From an uncultured virus (IMG/VR IMGVR_UViG_2563367173_000013) (taxonomy: Duplodnaviria > Heunggongvirae > Uroviricota > Caudoviricetes): a stretch of 64,000 bases of DNA. Location: the IMG/VR virus record IMGVR_UViG_2563367173_000013; one strand, 5' to 3'. The notes under the pieces were generated by a model. That model worked only from the letters and a program-made list of their open reading frames with translations, was not told the DNA's origin and ran no database searches. Of this stretch, positions 33,756-44,848 are shown one piece after another (the stretch's first letter is position 1; every line of letters begins with the position of its first letter). A program made the translations under genes and the position numbers.

Positions 33756-34999
33756 TCAATTATAATAACCCGCCTTTTCTGTCAACTCCATTTTATTACA
33801 TACCTTCTGAGGTTTTTTCCATATAATTTTTTTTCCTTCCACCCCAAGCTGGCACAAATCTGATAAAATAGAACACGCTATATCTTCTTTAGAAACTGCC
33901 ACAACAATGACATCGAAGTTTAGTTCTTCCAATATATCATTTCCCCATACTCTGCAATAAGCGTAATGATATTGTTCATAATTTGAGTCAATCCAAGCCA
34001 CTATCTCACAACTACCATATTCAGATATCTGTTGATAATAATCTCTTCCTACTCCTCCTGCACCATACAAAACAATTTTTTTTCCGATAATTCTTCTATA
34101 TTCCGAAATCGCCACACATACTCTGATTTTATCTGAAATCTTTCACCCAGCTTTTTTAGAATCAGTCTCCACATATAATTATCGTCCACTTGATTCACGT
34201 CATCAATCAATTCATTATAACAATCATATTTTTTTAATATCTTGTTTAACTCAATATATCCCAAATATCTGTCTGCAATCCTTTTAAAACTTGTATTATG
34301 TCCCAAAGAATCATTTCTTTTAACATAATGATAATTTGCACCACCTGTCATAACAAAACGCTGTGACTCCAAAAATACAATCAATAATGAAATGACATCA
34401 TCATGTTCTTTACAATGATCAGGAATCTGCATATAAGCATTCCGCAGTCGCTCAGCTCTATACAACTTATTCCATAATGCAGTCATATTTCTTTTTCTCT
34501 CACAGTGATCAGTTATCGTTCTAAAAAAATACTTGCGTATAATAGAATATCTACGCTCACCTGACAATTCAAATGTTCCTTTCGCATCAGCCGCAACTAG
34601 CCTCCCATACTCTTCCCATCCCTCAAATACATATCCCGTCACTGCAAAATCAGAATTAGTATCCACAATTTGTCTCAATAACTGTTCATACATAATCTCT
34701 TCTATCCAGTCATCTCCGTCTACTCTGCCTATAAAATCACCCTTTGCTATGCTTAATCCAGTTTTGGTTGTAGCTATCAACCCTTTATTATTCACATGAT
34801 GAATAACCTGTATTCTATTATCTTTCATCGCATATGTATCACAGATCAAGCCTGATTGATCTGTAGACTTATCATCTACTAATATAATCTGAAGGTTTTT
34901 ATATGTCTGGTTGCAAATACTTTCAATGCATTTGCCCACGTAATTTTCTATATTATACACAGGTACAATAACTGAGATCAAATAATCTTCTTTCACCAA
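33756..34999 (-). pseudogene. GT2 glycosyltransferase whose C-terminal Rossmann-like module is out of frame at A8 (34076-34083); catalytic part 34049..34999 is intact
   Basis: ISVIVPVYN, VDDKSTD, VDGDDW, LWNKLY. A9 would read SEKKIVLYGAGGVG. Confidence 0.7.
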
Positions 35000-36720
35000 A
35001 CTCCCTCCCCGTGTTTCATCTTACTTAAAAGCGTTTTTTCAATATCATTTTTCATAATATCAAAAATTCTCTCTGCAATTAATCTATTTCCTTCCGTAGA
35101 ATAATGCGCTTGGTCTATATACATTTTATCTTTTCCCTCAAACATTGATATCAAATTTATATACTCCATATTCTTATCCATAAATGCTCTGGTCTTATAA
35201 TATCCTATGTTTTCCGTATGATCCTCGCTATTATGTATACTTGTTCTTATTAAATCAGGTGTATCATCTGAACTTATCATTGGCTGCAAAAAATTATAGA
35301 CCTGCGCTCCATGATAATTAGCCACCAAATTCATAAGCTTTGATATACGATGCCAAAAATCATATAATGTCTCATTGCTTTTAATTCCGCTAATAACATC
35401 CGGATTACTATTTATTTCATACTCTCCCACACATGTATTAAACTGATTTGCAGTTGCCCGATCTGCTGTGTTATTTACACCACTAAAATTAATTATATAA
35501 TCAGGTTTTAATGGCTCAATGTCCCTTATCATATGTAAAAATTCATCCACAATTCCATGTGCACATACTGCCCCATTATATATCACTGGACTATATTCTG
35601 CATCTAATAAATACTTATAAAAAAAACTTACCCAAGAACTACACCTAAGTACCTCATCTGCCGAAGTAGAACCACCTAATATCATTATTTTTACTTTTGC
35701 GTTTTTTTCATTTCCATAGACAACATAACCTGGATATTTTTCTTCTTTATAAATGCTATTTCCTATCAGCGTATCCCTTTTTTCTATTATATGATCCGCT
35801 ACTTTCCAATTGCATATGCTTGTTGCAGCATAATTAAAATCTTCCAGACTCCATCCCATACTGTCAAGAATATCGCATACACGCTCTGCTTTTATTTCAT
35901 TATTTTCCAAAATTATTACGTTTATATTTTCACTGTCTTCATAATAAAGATTATAAATATTCCGATCACAAATTTTACATTCAATGTTTATTCCATATCT
36001 TTTCAATACCTTTTCCATATATAGCGCATACTCGTCGTCCCTACTATATAACCATATTTTTTTATGTCTCAATAATGCAATATTTATTACCTGAAAAAAA
36101 TTAGACTGAGAACAGGATCCCCTATGCATCGCATAAAAAATATACTTTTCTACTTTATAATTTTTTAATTGTTCTAGCATCTCTTTTAAAGAATGCTCTA
36201 TATCTGTTGCCAAAATAACAGCACTGCTATTTTCCTGCTCAATCTGTGTTACTGAAAGGACCTTTTTTCCACACCATTTTTCTATCCTTCCAGGTTTTGA
36301 AACACATACACTTGCAACTTCTATTCCTTTTTCCTTTAACGTATCAAATACGATCTCGCCTTTTCTACCTATACCATAAATATAAATTTTTTTATCTTTT
36401 AACTCTTCATTTATATCCAGAATTTCCTCCTTATAAAACACATTTTTTTGAATCCATTGCTGTATACTTTGTTTTTTAACTAATCTGGATACAACCACAA
36501 TAGCATCTTCTATTTCCCGAAGCTGAATGGTATTAATAATAGGTCTGTTAATAAGCATTTGTCCTGTAAATTTGTCGTCTGCATCCAAAAATGCAACGAT
36601 ATTCATTTGGTGATTAACTGCAAGATCTGAGAAGAGTGTTATAGAAGTATGTTTTACCCCAAAAATAACTATCTTTTTATTCTTATATTTTCTAGAAAGT
36701 GTATACAAACTTTTCAGCAT
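34993..36720 (-). CDS. SGNH-fold paralog 2 with two N-terminal Rossmann-like modules
   Basis: LGGSTS, NGAVCAHG, FSGVNN, FLQP, YIDQAHY. Confidence 0.85.
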   Translation of the reverse strand: MLKSLYTLSRKYKNKKIVIFGVKHTSITLFSDLAVNHQMNIVAFLDADDKFTGQMLINRPIINTIQLREIEDAIVVVSRLVKKQSIQQWIQKNVFYKEEILDINEELKDKKIYIYGIGRKGEIVFDTLKEKGIEVASVCVSKPGRIEKWCGKKVLSVTQIEQENSSAVILATDIEHSLKEMLEQLKNYKVEKYIFYAMHRGSCSQSNFFQVINIALLRHKKIWLYSRDDEYALYMEKVLKRYGINIECKICDRNIYNLYYEDSENINVIILENNEIKAERVCDILDSMGWSLEDFNYAATSICNWKVADHIIEKRDTLIGNSIYKEEKYPGYVVYGNEKNAKVKIMILGGSTSADEVLRCSSWVSFFYKYLLDAEYSPVIYNGAVCAHGIVDEFLHMIRDIEPLKPDYIINFSGVNNTADRATANQFNTCVGEYEINSNPDVISGIKSNETLYDFWHRISKLMNLVANYHGAQVYNFLQPMISSDDTPDLIRTSIHNSEDHTENIGYYKTRAFMDKNMEYINLISMFEGKDKMYIDQAHYSTEGNRLIAERIFDIMKNDIEKTLLSKMKHGEGVW

Positions 36721-36816
36721 CTATGTTCCTCCATTTTTTTAATATAAAAGGTGACCCAAGAAATCTATTTTTTAAAATCTGTTTCATAAGTTTATAATTA
36801 CAGTTAAGTCACATTT

Positions 36817-37725
36817 TTATTTATAACAGTCAACCACTATACTATACACAGGTTTACATACTTCTCCCTCTTTCGGAATCCTGCTGACATATCCTTTCGA
36901 CATATCAATCTCCTTTTTTACCAGATTTCCGTCTTCCGTGTGATAACATAAAAAATCTATTTTTTCAAACAATGTCTTTTCCAGTAATTTTCGTACAAGA
37001 GCATATGTGGGAAACCATACATGACCTCCATTTTCAATACATCCCGCACCAAAAGTTCCACCTCCTGTCGGATCAAAAATAATTTTTCCTGTACTATCTC
37101 TCATAGAAATGTCAGATAGATATTTACTATTGTAATCCGGCAAGCATATTCTAAATATTCCATTTTTTCTCAAAATACGATATATTTCATTAATCACATC
37201 AACCAACTTTTCATATTCTATGTGTTCTAAGACATCTTCTGCCTGATATGAAAAAATACTGTTATCTGATAATGGATATCTATAAGTGATATCGTGTAAA
37301 ATATGTTTTGAATCCGCTTTCATAATTGACAAACCATACAGATCAGGATTATCCCTATGTATATCATCTATTATGTCCCCTGCATACAACGCAATTTTTC
37401 GCGATAAATCCAGCCTTTCAAAACACATTCTGTCGTATTGCAAAATCTTACCGTTTATATATATACCTTCAATGCGAATACCATACTCCTCCAATTCTTC
37501 CCCTATGACAAACCATTTATTGGCTGCAATAATAACAGAGAAATCTGTGACTGATTTTAAACTTAATAAGTCACTCAATGATAATATTTTATATTTTCCC
37601 ACTGTATTATTCTGTTTATATGGAGAGTTGTCTGCAAATCCGATAATTTCATACTGGCCACTGTCTACAAGTGACCTATAAAGTCTTACTCCCCCCATTC
37701 CATATCCAAAAATTATAATTTTCAT
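36817..37725 (-). CDS. Methyltransferase-domain protein with N-terminal Rossmann-like module
   Basis: DVLEHI, EIYRILRKNG.FRICLPD. Confidence 0.75.
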   Translation of the reverse strand: MKIIIFGYGMGGVRLYRSLVDSGQYEIIGFADNSPYKQNNTVGKYKILSLSDLLSLKSVTDFSVIIAANKWFVIGEELEEYGIRIEGIYINGKILQYDRMCFERLDLSRKIALYAGDIIDDIHRDNPDLYGLSIMKADSKHILHDITYRYPLSDNSIFSYQAEDVLEHIEYEKLVDVINEIYRILRKNGIFRICLPDYNSKYLSDISMRDSTGKIIFDPTGGGTFGAGCIENGGHVWFPTYALVRKLLEKTLFEKIDFLCYHTEDGNLVKKEIDMSKGYVSRIPKEGEVCKPVYSIVVDCYK

Positions 37726-37734
37726 AGTCGCTCC

Positions 37735-38751
37735 TTATAATTCATTTTTTAGCGATAAATGTTGACAATTTAACGTGACATCGTATGTGTACAACGATGC
37801 ACTCTCATTATATTTACACTCATGCATTATAAATCCAAATTCATCCATACGATTCGGCGGTATGTATATGCCACAAGCATTATTGTCCGTTACATAAACA
37901 TGTTCAAACGCATCCTCTAATACATCATAAACCGCATGAATCACTGGCGTTTTATACTCAGCATTTGTATACTTAAAATCATGCCATACGACAATTGCAT
38001 CTTCTTTTTTATTCATAAAAATATTTTTTGTATCATTATAAACCCCTTCATAACTATGATCTCCATCTATAAAATACAGATCAACAGTATCTGCATGCTT
38101 TGAAAAATCAAATTGTCTTGAATCAGTATAATAACTGACTATATTTTCGTTCGTTGCCAACTTTCCTATAAAATTTGTCCTCCAAGACGGTTTAAACTGT
38201 TTCATCGCTTTTTCAATTGGCAGCGTCACACTATATAGTTTTTCACAGCAATCAGTCAAAATATTTATACTTTCTCCTATATAAGTTCCTACCTCTAAAT
38301 ACTCTTTACTGCCACTTTTTATTGCAATAAGCTTTAAAAACATATAATCTAAAATATGTGAACCTCCCGGAATAAATGTAATCTCCCTGCAATACAGGTT
38401 TTTATTTTTTTCTAACCAATCTCCTAAATTAATTGTTCTTTTATCCAGCGCCTCTTCCACAACTTTTGATAAAACCGGTTCAAAGCTTAATTTCAATAAC
38501 TCAATATTCTTGTTGGTAATCCCCATACACCTTATATCAGTTAATACTTCTTCATACTGAAAAACAGCAATTATAATTTTAATGTCTGAATACTCTTTCA
38601 ATTTTCGTGGTAAATAAACTGGTACAGCATCATATTCCTTTATTATTTCAGCATTTTTATCTACAAAAAAAAGAATATCATATCTATTTTTGCAATATTC
38701 ATATGCAAGCTTTCCTATCTTTCCACATCCATAAATAACAACCTTATTCAT
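37735..38751 (-). CDS. Class I SAM methyltransferase (Methyltransf_24-like) with N-terminal Rossmann-like module
   Basis: YLEVGTYIGES, DLYFIDGDHSYEGVYND, VVWHD. Confidence 0.85.
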   Translation of the reverse strand: MNKVVIYGCGKIGKLAYEYCKNRYDILFFVDKNAEIIKEYDAVPVYLPRKLKEYSDIKIIIAVFQYEEVLTDIRCMGITNKNIELLKLSFEPVLSKVVEEALDKRTINLGDWLEKNKNLYCREITFIPGGSHILDYMFLKLIAIKSGSKEYLEVGTYIGESINILTDCCEKLYSVTLPIEKAMKQFKPSWRTNFIGKLATNENIVSYYTDSRQFDFSKHADTVDLYFIDGDHSYEGVYNDTKNIFMNKKEDAIVVWHDFKYTNAEYKTPVIHAVYDVLEDAFEHVYVTDNNACGIYIPPNRMDEFGFIMHECKYNESASLYTYDVTLNCQHLSLKNEL

Positions 38752-38807
38752 AATATCTCCTCGTTCCTTTTTATATATTATTCTCTCTTAGAAACTGAAA
38801 TAAAAAA

Positions 38808-39632
38808 CTAGTGCCCTGTAAAGTTTAAAAGTTTATCAAAATTTATTCCGGGTGTTTGGATTGAAACACCCGGTAAAGAACTAATTTTCAAATATTGATG
38901 TAAGATATAAGCGTTTTAGTTTTACTCTTGCATCCTTAGTTGTAAACTACCAGTTCACAACTTTTTGACGCTGGTTGCGGTCTCTTTCCCATTCGGTAAG
39001 CATTTCATTGAGTTCTTGGATTTCAGGGATCCTCTTGTTTCCCAAACACTGCATGGATAAAGATCCTAATTCACCAAGATGATCCTTGTGACATCTGGAT
39101 AATAAGTTTCTGATACGCTTTTCATCATTTTTGCAAAATCACCCATTGTCCTGTGTTCCAACGCTTCAGTGTAGAGCCAGCCGCTGAGCGGTTCCGTAAA
39201 CATAAATATGCTGGCTTTCCCCATGCGGATGTATTCAAAATCAATTTTTTGAACGGAACCCAGCCTCTGGATATCTGTTTCCGGATCTGTTACCATGGGC
39301 TTCATGCTGATCCGTTCACAGATTTCGCCAAGCAGTTGGACAGGTTTTTCATCCATACAGGCAACAGGGAGAAACACGCCAAATATTTCGGACAGTTCCC
39401 TGTTGCTTTTATTTTTTCAGAAAAAGAATCATTTGTGTTCAGCAGGATATTTTGTATGCATGATTGTTTTGCAGATGAATGTCCGTTTTTGCGGATGTTG
39501 TTCAAAACAACAATGTCATCATCTGTTAAAAATACCTGATAGTTTTTCTTTGGCATAAGAATACACTCCTTTTTACCTGAGTATATCATACCGGTTTGTT
39601 TTGATAAACTTTTAAACTTTACAAGGCACTAG
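38808..39632 (-). mobile_element. Internally deleted IS630-family element with 34-bp terminal inverted repeats
   Basis: CTAGTGCC[C/T]TGTAAAGTTTAAAAGTTTATCAAAA at 38808-38841 and inverted at 39599-39632 (1 mismatch). Transposase fragments CMDEKPVQL, DFEYIRMG, FTEPLSGW and W*FTTKDARVKLKRLY. Confidence 0.9.
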
Positions 39633-39742
39633 TATGTTACATCGTACAATATTCCTCGCCGATATTTTTCTTAAAAGTGCAAAAAAACAATCGCTTATTC
39701 TGGTAGTACGCTATAGCCAAGACATGTAACTGTTTTTTAGTT

Positions 39743-40960
39743 CTATCGGAAAATACAGTCTCTTCCGGCCCTATAAATCTTCCCACCTACATAATCGGCA
39801 TCCACACCATCTGTTTTGTCTTCATTTTGCAGCTCCGTTTTATAAATCATCGTCTGTAATACATCCTTTTCAAAATATACTCCTTTAAAAATTTTACGAC
39901 ACTGCTGCAAACATTTTTCACTATAATAATAGTCTATCCATTGATGTTTTAATTCCTTAGTATCTATCTCCAAAACGCAATTGTTCTTTACAGAAAGTAA
40001 ACCAATATATCTATCGTTGCGTAAATATGCTACTCCATATTTACATTTTCTCCCGGCTGCTCTTGATAAAATACTTTTTCTATTCTCCTGCTCTTCATCG
40101 ATTTCATAGACAGATATTTCATATGTCTTCTTATCTATATATAAAATTTTATTTGTCTGCCATGGTATAAACCAAACATAATTCCCCATAGCAACTACAT
40201 GTAAAAACGAGGGATATTCATAACAATTTACTGAACAATCTGGTTGTGCATGTGTATTTTCCGAAAAATCATAGACACCAAAATCCGACGGAAATCCAGT
40301 TATTGTTGTAATCCTATTATCCCGTTTATTCCATTCATAAACTTCCTTTCTGTACCCACTTAACCAAAATTTTTCTCCATCAAAACATATACACTGGTAT
40401 TTCTTTTTATCATCATTAGGAATCATATGCCTTTTTATCATTTTTTGTTTCAAGTCAAATTCATATATTTTATCAAACTTGCTTGACACCATATATATAC
40501 TGCCTGCTGCCATAACACTTTCCACTACAATGTCTTTTTTGCAAATTGTATGATAATTCTCTATTTCTTTTTTTTGAAGATTAATTTCAACTATTTTATC
40601 CCACCACAATGGGACAATAAAAAGCGAATCATTCCATATAAAAAACTTTGCTAATAAATTTTTCCTTCCCAATGCTTCAAAATCAATTGTACGAAAATTC
40701 ATATCATCTAAATGATAAATCCATATACTCTGACCTCTTCCTGGAATACACCAGATTTCTCTATCATATTTCATGCATAATGGCGTCAATAAGTACTTAT
40801 TCAAATTTGTATCTGGAATATACACAACTTCTTCATATTTCCTAGTTTTTAAATCTACACAAAAAAGAATATTATTCTTTTCTTCGATAAACCACGCCTT
40901 ATCATTTTCTACCCACCAGCCAAAACTCCATAAAAATGGATCCTTGATATTCACCCTCAA
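39743..40960 (-). CDS. Hypothetical protein, probable beta-propeller
   Basis: Repeated aromatic beta-strand units such as IWCIPG, LFIVP, VWFIPW. Confidence 0.65.
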   Translation of the reverse strand: MRVNIKDPFLWSFGWWVENDKAWFIEEKNNILFCVDLKTRKYEEVVYIPDTNLNKYLLTPLCMKYDREIWCIPGRGQSIWIYHLDDMNFRTIDFEALGRKNLLAKFFIWNDSLFIVPLWWDKIVEINLQKKEIENYHTICKKDIVVESVMAAGSIYMVSSKFDKIYEFDLKQKMIKRHMIPNDDKKKYQCICFDGEKFWLSGYRKEVYEWNKRDNRITTITGFPSDFGVYDFSENTHAQPDCSVNCYEYPSFLHVVAMGNYVWFIPWQTNKILYIDKKTYEISVYEIDEEQENRKSILSRAAGRKCKYGVAYLRNDRYIGLLSVKNNCVLEIDTKELKHQWIDYYYSEKCLQQCRKIFKGVYFEKDVLQTMIYKTELQNEDKTDGVDADYVGGKIYRAGRDCIFR

Positions 40961-40974
40961 TGATCTCCTTACTT

Positions 40975-42615
40975 TTACAAATTTTCAAAAAATTCTATCA
41001 GTCTACTAATCTGATTATCTATGAGCAAAGTTTTCCTTACCTGCTCAACGTTTTTCCTATAAAATTTCTCTTTTTCCTTTAAATAGTCGACATCTAAAGT
41101 AGATACATTCATCTTCACAAGTACTCCTAACCGTTCAAAATAATCACAAAACTTTTTATGACCTGTCGCAATAATTGGAATACCTGCGTCAAGATAATCA
41201 AAATACTTATTTAAAACTCCATATTGAAATGTACTGCCATAATACACACCATCAATGCTTACCATTTCTGGAATCTCCTTACCTTCTGTACTGAGTAAAC
41301 ATCCATAGTCATACTCTGAAATCCGTGTAATCAAATCGTTATGCTCTATCTCATAAAAGGCTTTAAAATTAAAATACTGACTTTCTAACAACTCCAGCTT
41401 TTTCCGATCACTGCTGTCACATTGACCTATATAGACATGAAATATACAGTCGTTTCTATTCCCGATTTTATCAAGAATGGTATCTATTCTTGCATGTTCA
41501 ATATATTGTCCATCATTTTTTAATATGTCCCTTTCCAAAAAAATACTTATTCCCCATACAACAAAACAAATCTTCAATATCTTGTCTGATCTGCTATATT
41601 TATCTATTCGATATCCCCCACAATAGTCCAAAAATTGAACAGACTTTCCTTTATAGGAAAATCCCTTTTTTTCTTCCAAAAAGTCTTTTGAAAACCATCT
41701 CCATACAACACCATCCGCATTTTCCAAACAATACCGTTCCATAAGTTTTTTCTCACCTGATATTTTTACATACCCACCATTCAAAATATCATAAGGCGCA
41801 AAAACGATCTTGCCAAACACGTTTTTGTGCTTAATCATTATCTCTGAACCACTGCTATCTGCCCAAATCGGCTCATAATAATATATTAACGGTGTATACT
41901 GTACTGCTCTCCAAAAAACTTCGATAATATCCTTACAGGTAATAAAATTAATATTATATAACATTATCTCAGATCTTATCAACTCATTTCGGACTCCGTA
42001 TTCAATCACAATTAATTTATACTTTCTTTTAATTAGTGCACCTATAATTTTTTTACTTCTTGCATTTAAATGTCCCGAAATATAAACAATTGTATTTTCT
42101 TCACCATCTTTTATGTTTTTGGAGACTATGAAATTTTTCATTTCCTCTTTTCTAATTTCTAGTTTCTGGATCGTATCTATATTGCTCCACGCATATTCAT
42201 TTACTATACTTTCTATAAATTGCTCATCCGTCTGTTTTCTAAACATTTCGATTAGTTCACTATTTTGTAAAATATAATCAGTCAGTTTTACGATTTGTGC
42301 AAAATGCATATTTTGTAAAATTCGGATAATTTCACTTTCATATTTTTCACTAACTGCTATCAATACCGCACAGTTTTCCACATGTACTACAGAAATGTCA
42401 CCGACAGATTTTACTGGTATTCCATCTACTTCATCCCTTTCATCCAAATTTGTTACAACAAATGAACTTATCATTTCTTTTAATCCAACTTTTTTCAATT
42501 CAGAATATATTAAATTAGCATAGTTACCAGCTCCATAAATTACTATCTGAGAAAACTGTTTAATCGTACTGTATAAGCTACTCATCAGAATGTGCATAAC
42601 CCTTTTTACCCCCAT
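40975..42615 (-). CDS. GT-B-like glycosyltransferase with N-terminal Rossmann-like module
   Basis: IYGAGNYA; ERYCLENADG; NKYFDYLDAGIPII. Confidence 0.65.
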   Translation of the reverse strand: MGVKRVMHILMSSLYSTIKQFSQIVIYGAGNYANLIYSELKKVGLKEMISSFVVTNLDERDEVDGIPVKSVGDISVVHVENCAVLIAVSEKYESEIIRILQNMHFAQIVKLTDYILQNSELIEMFRKQTDEQFIESIVNEYAWSNIDTIQKLEIRKEEMKNFIVSKNIKDGEENTIVYISGHLNARSKKIIGALIKRKYKLIVIEYGVRNELIRSEIMLYNINFITCKDIIEVFWRAVQYTPLIYYYEPIWADSSGSEIMIKHKNVFGKIVFAPYDILNGGYVKISGEKKLMERYCLENADGVVWRWFSKDFLEEKKGFSYKGKSVQFLDYCGGYRIDKYSRSDKILKICFVVWGISIFLERDILKNDGQYIEHARIDTILDKIGNRNDCIFHVYIGQCDSSDRKKLELLESQYFNFKAFYEIEHNDLITRISEYDYGCLLSTEGKEIPEMVSIDGVYYGSTFQYGVLNKYFDYLDAGIPIIATGHKKFCDYFERLGVLVKMNVSTLDVDYLKEKEKFYRKNVEQVRKTLLIDNQISRLIEFFENL

Positions 42616-43498
42616 GTATATATGTCCGACTATAGCGATCTAATATTTCATCTATACTTTGAAACGTCATCTTCAACATACCAGCCAACCTATTTCCATT
42701 TAATCCACAATAAATATGTCTGTTATCTAAAAATGAAAACTCCGCATATTCCTTCTCAACTATATTCTCATATCCACCAAAGATTTTATCAGCATATAAT
42801 TTTGCAAGTTTATAACGTGAAATATAATTGCTGCTTGATAAATGATACACACCGTTAACCCCTATATCCAATGCACCTAAAATAGCTTTTGCAATATCGT
42901 CAACTTCTGTAAGGCAAAAGCTTTGATCTTTCAGACATACAATTTCTTTCTGTTTTTGAATCTTATTATAAAAGTCATCAAATATATCTTCTTCACCAAA
43001 TTGACTGCCTGTTGCCCTACTGATTCTAAAAATAATATAATCTTTTATATTTTGTCTAATATATTTTTCTATTTCCAGTTTCTGCTGTCCATATAATGTA
43101 ATAGGTGCTGGATCATCCTCTTCTGTATACATTCCTTTCTTTCCATCAAAAACAGCTTCTGAAGACAAAAAGATACTTTTTATTCCTAAAGCATCTGCCT
43201 CTTTTAATAATTCCTTTGTACATACTACATTTAACCTACTGCTTTCTTTAAAATTACTTTTACAACTGTCTATTCCTGTATTTGCACTACAAATAATAAC
43301 AGCTTTTGGCATTTTACCCTTCAAATAATAATCACACAATGATTTCAGACGATCTGTACACAAATCAAACGGTATCCACTCTTTATTAAAATTGTGTTTG
43401 TAGTACGTCCCAACACTCTCTATCTTTTTCTCTCTACAGCAATAATATAAATGCCTTCCTATAAAACTCGACGCACCTATAATTATATATTCACACAT
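42578..43498 (-). CDS. RmlD-like NDP-sugar reductase (extended SDR)
   Basis: IIGASSFIG, LSSEAVFDG, YGQQK. Confidence 0.8.
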   Translation of the reverse strand: MCEYIIIGASSFIGRHLYYCCREKKIESVGTYYKHNFNKEWIPFDLCTDRLKSLCDYYLKGKMPKAVIICSANTGIDSCKSNFKESSRLNVVCTKELLKEADALGIKSIFLSSEAVFDGKKGMYTEEDDPAPITLYGQQKLEIEKYIRQNIKDYIIFRISRATGSQFGEEDIFDDFYNKIQKQKEIVCLKDQSFCLTEVDDIAKAILGALDIGVNGVYHLSSSNYISRYKLAKLYADKIFGGYENIVEKEYAEFSFLDNRHIYCGLNGNRLAGMLKMTFQSIDEILDRYSRTYIHGGKKGYAHSDE

Positions 43499-43499
43499 A

Positions 43500-44051
43500 T
43501 TACATCCATACTTTCATTTTATTCATAATCGCTTGTACATCACTCTGATTTTCTGCTTCTGGTGCCCATTTTGGAAAAACACTATCCTCTTTTCCAATAA
43601 AAGGACCTGATATAATCTCATGAAAAACTACATTTGTGAGAGGAATGTTTGTATGAATAACTCCTTTATCAATCCTGAGAGTAAAAATACCATTTTTTCC
43701 CATAATAAAACGATCTATAATCTTTCCCGAATAATCGAAAAGAACAACTAACAACTCCCCTTCAATAATAATCTTTGTTTCCGTTTTAAACGGATGTTCA
43801 TGTGGCCGGATATACATCCCTTTCGGATATACATTTATCATCTCATGGACATGTTCTCTTATGTCATTATGGAGACACATCATACACTTTTCTTCACAAT
43901 CCTTCTGTGACAGTGTTTGCAAAAATGCAATATATTCACTGTCGATTTTTAAAACCTTGTCATCATTCACATGCACGTAAGATTTCCCTGACGGCCGATA
44001 ACTATCTTTCATACTAATATACTCATCCTTTTTGAATTTGATATAAATCAT
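43500..44051 (-). CDS. WbuC-family cupin metalloprotein
   Basis: CLHND..HEMI, YIRPHEH..KTE, HT, FHEI.SGPF, FPKWAP. Confidence 0.8.
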   Translation of the reverse strand: MIYIKFKKDEYISMKDSYRPSGKSYVHVNDDKVLKIDSEYIAFLQTLSQKDCEEKCMMCLHNDIREHVHEMINVYPKGMYIRPHEHPFKTETKIIIEGELLVVLFDYSGKIIDRFIMGKNGIFTLRIDKGVIHTNIPLTNVVFHEIISGPFIGKEDSVFPKWAPEAENQSDVQAIMNKMKVWM

Positions 44052-44841
44052 CTATAATCGACAGTATTTTTTTCGAATGATATCCATATCTCATTGCCTT
44101 TGTAACATCCAGCGTAAAATACCTCTTGCATTCTGTATCAACAACATGAATCACTGACGTGGATTGGTATAATTCCTTTATATGAGAAATAATCTCTGTC
44201 AATTTTACGTATTCTGTATTTCCTAGCAATAAAATATCGCTGTTATTATTTGTCCAGTTGTAACACAGCACAGTAATAAATTCTGTCAAATCATCAATAT
44301 CCAATATATTATTGAAATCCTTATCTAAATAATATAATTCTATGGGAGAGTTATTTTTTATCTTATCCATCAGGCTATAGATAAAACTCTTTCCCCATTC
44401 CCTTCCAACAATTCCTGGCATGCGAAGAATAAAGTATGGTATTCCACTTTCAATAATAATTTTTTCAGCTAGATACTTTGTAACTGCATATGTATTTGGA
44501 TTTACCATGACTGTCAAATTTGAAAAAACCCTATCTGTATTCAATGTTCCATAAATTTCATCAGAAGACAGATAAATAATTTTTTTTACATGATGCTTTA
44601 TGCAAAAATCTATCATAGAAGCTGCTGCTACTGTATTGTCCTGGACATACTTATCCGCTGTTTCACGTCTGGCAGATGTAACAGATGCTGAATAAATCAA
44701 AATATCATAATCCATCTGGTCAGATTCGAAAGCAGAATCTCTTGTCATCTCGTAGAGTTGTATATCTTTCTCTTTTGTAAGCCTTTCTTTTATGAATCTG
44801 CCTACATAACCATTTGGACTGAATAAAAGCACCTTTTTCAT
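44023..44841 (-). CDS. NAD-dependent epimerase/dehydratase
   Basis: NGYVG, YLSSDEIYG, YAVTKYLAE, LRMPGIVG. Confidence 0.82.
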   Translation of the reverse strand: MKKVLLFSPNGYVGRFIKERLTKEKDIQLYEMTRDSAFESDQMDYDILIYSASVTSARRETADKYVQDNTVAAASMIDFCIKHHVKKIIYLSSDEIYGTLNTDRVFSNLTVMVNPNTYAVTKYLAEKIIIESGIPYFILRMPGIVGREWGKSFIYSLMDKIKNNSPIELYYLDKDFNNILDIDDLTEFITVLCYNWTNNNSDILLLGNTEYVKLTEIISHIKELYQSTSVIHVVDTECKRYFTLDVTKAMRYGYHSKKILSIIDDLYQIQKG

Positions 44842-44848
44842 ATTAAAA

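Noticed and set aside
7696..37696. Other G5-G6 runs (about 7696, 19327, 26449, 30473, 31749, 37691)
   Set aside because: In frame and short; no evidence of switching.
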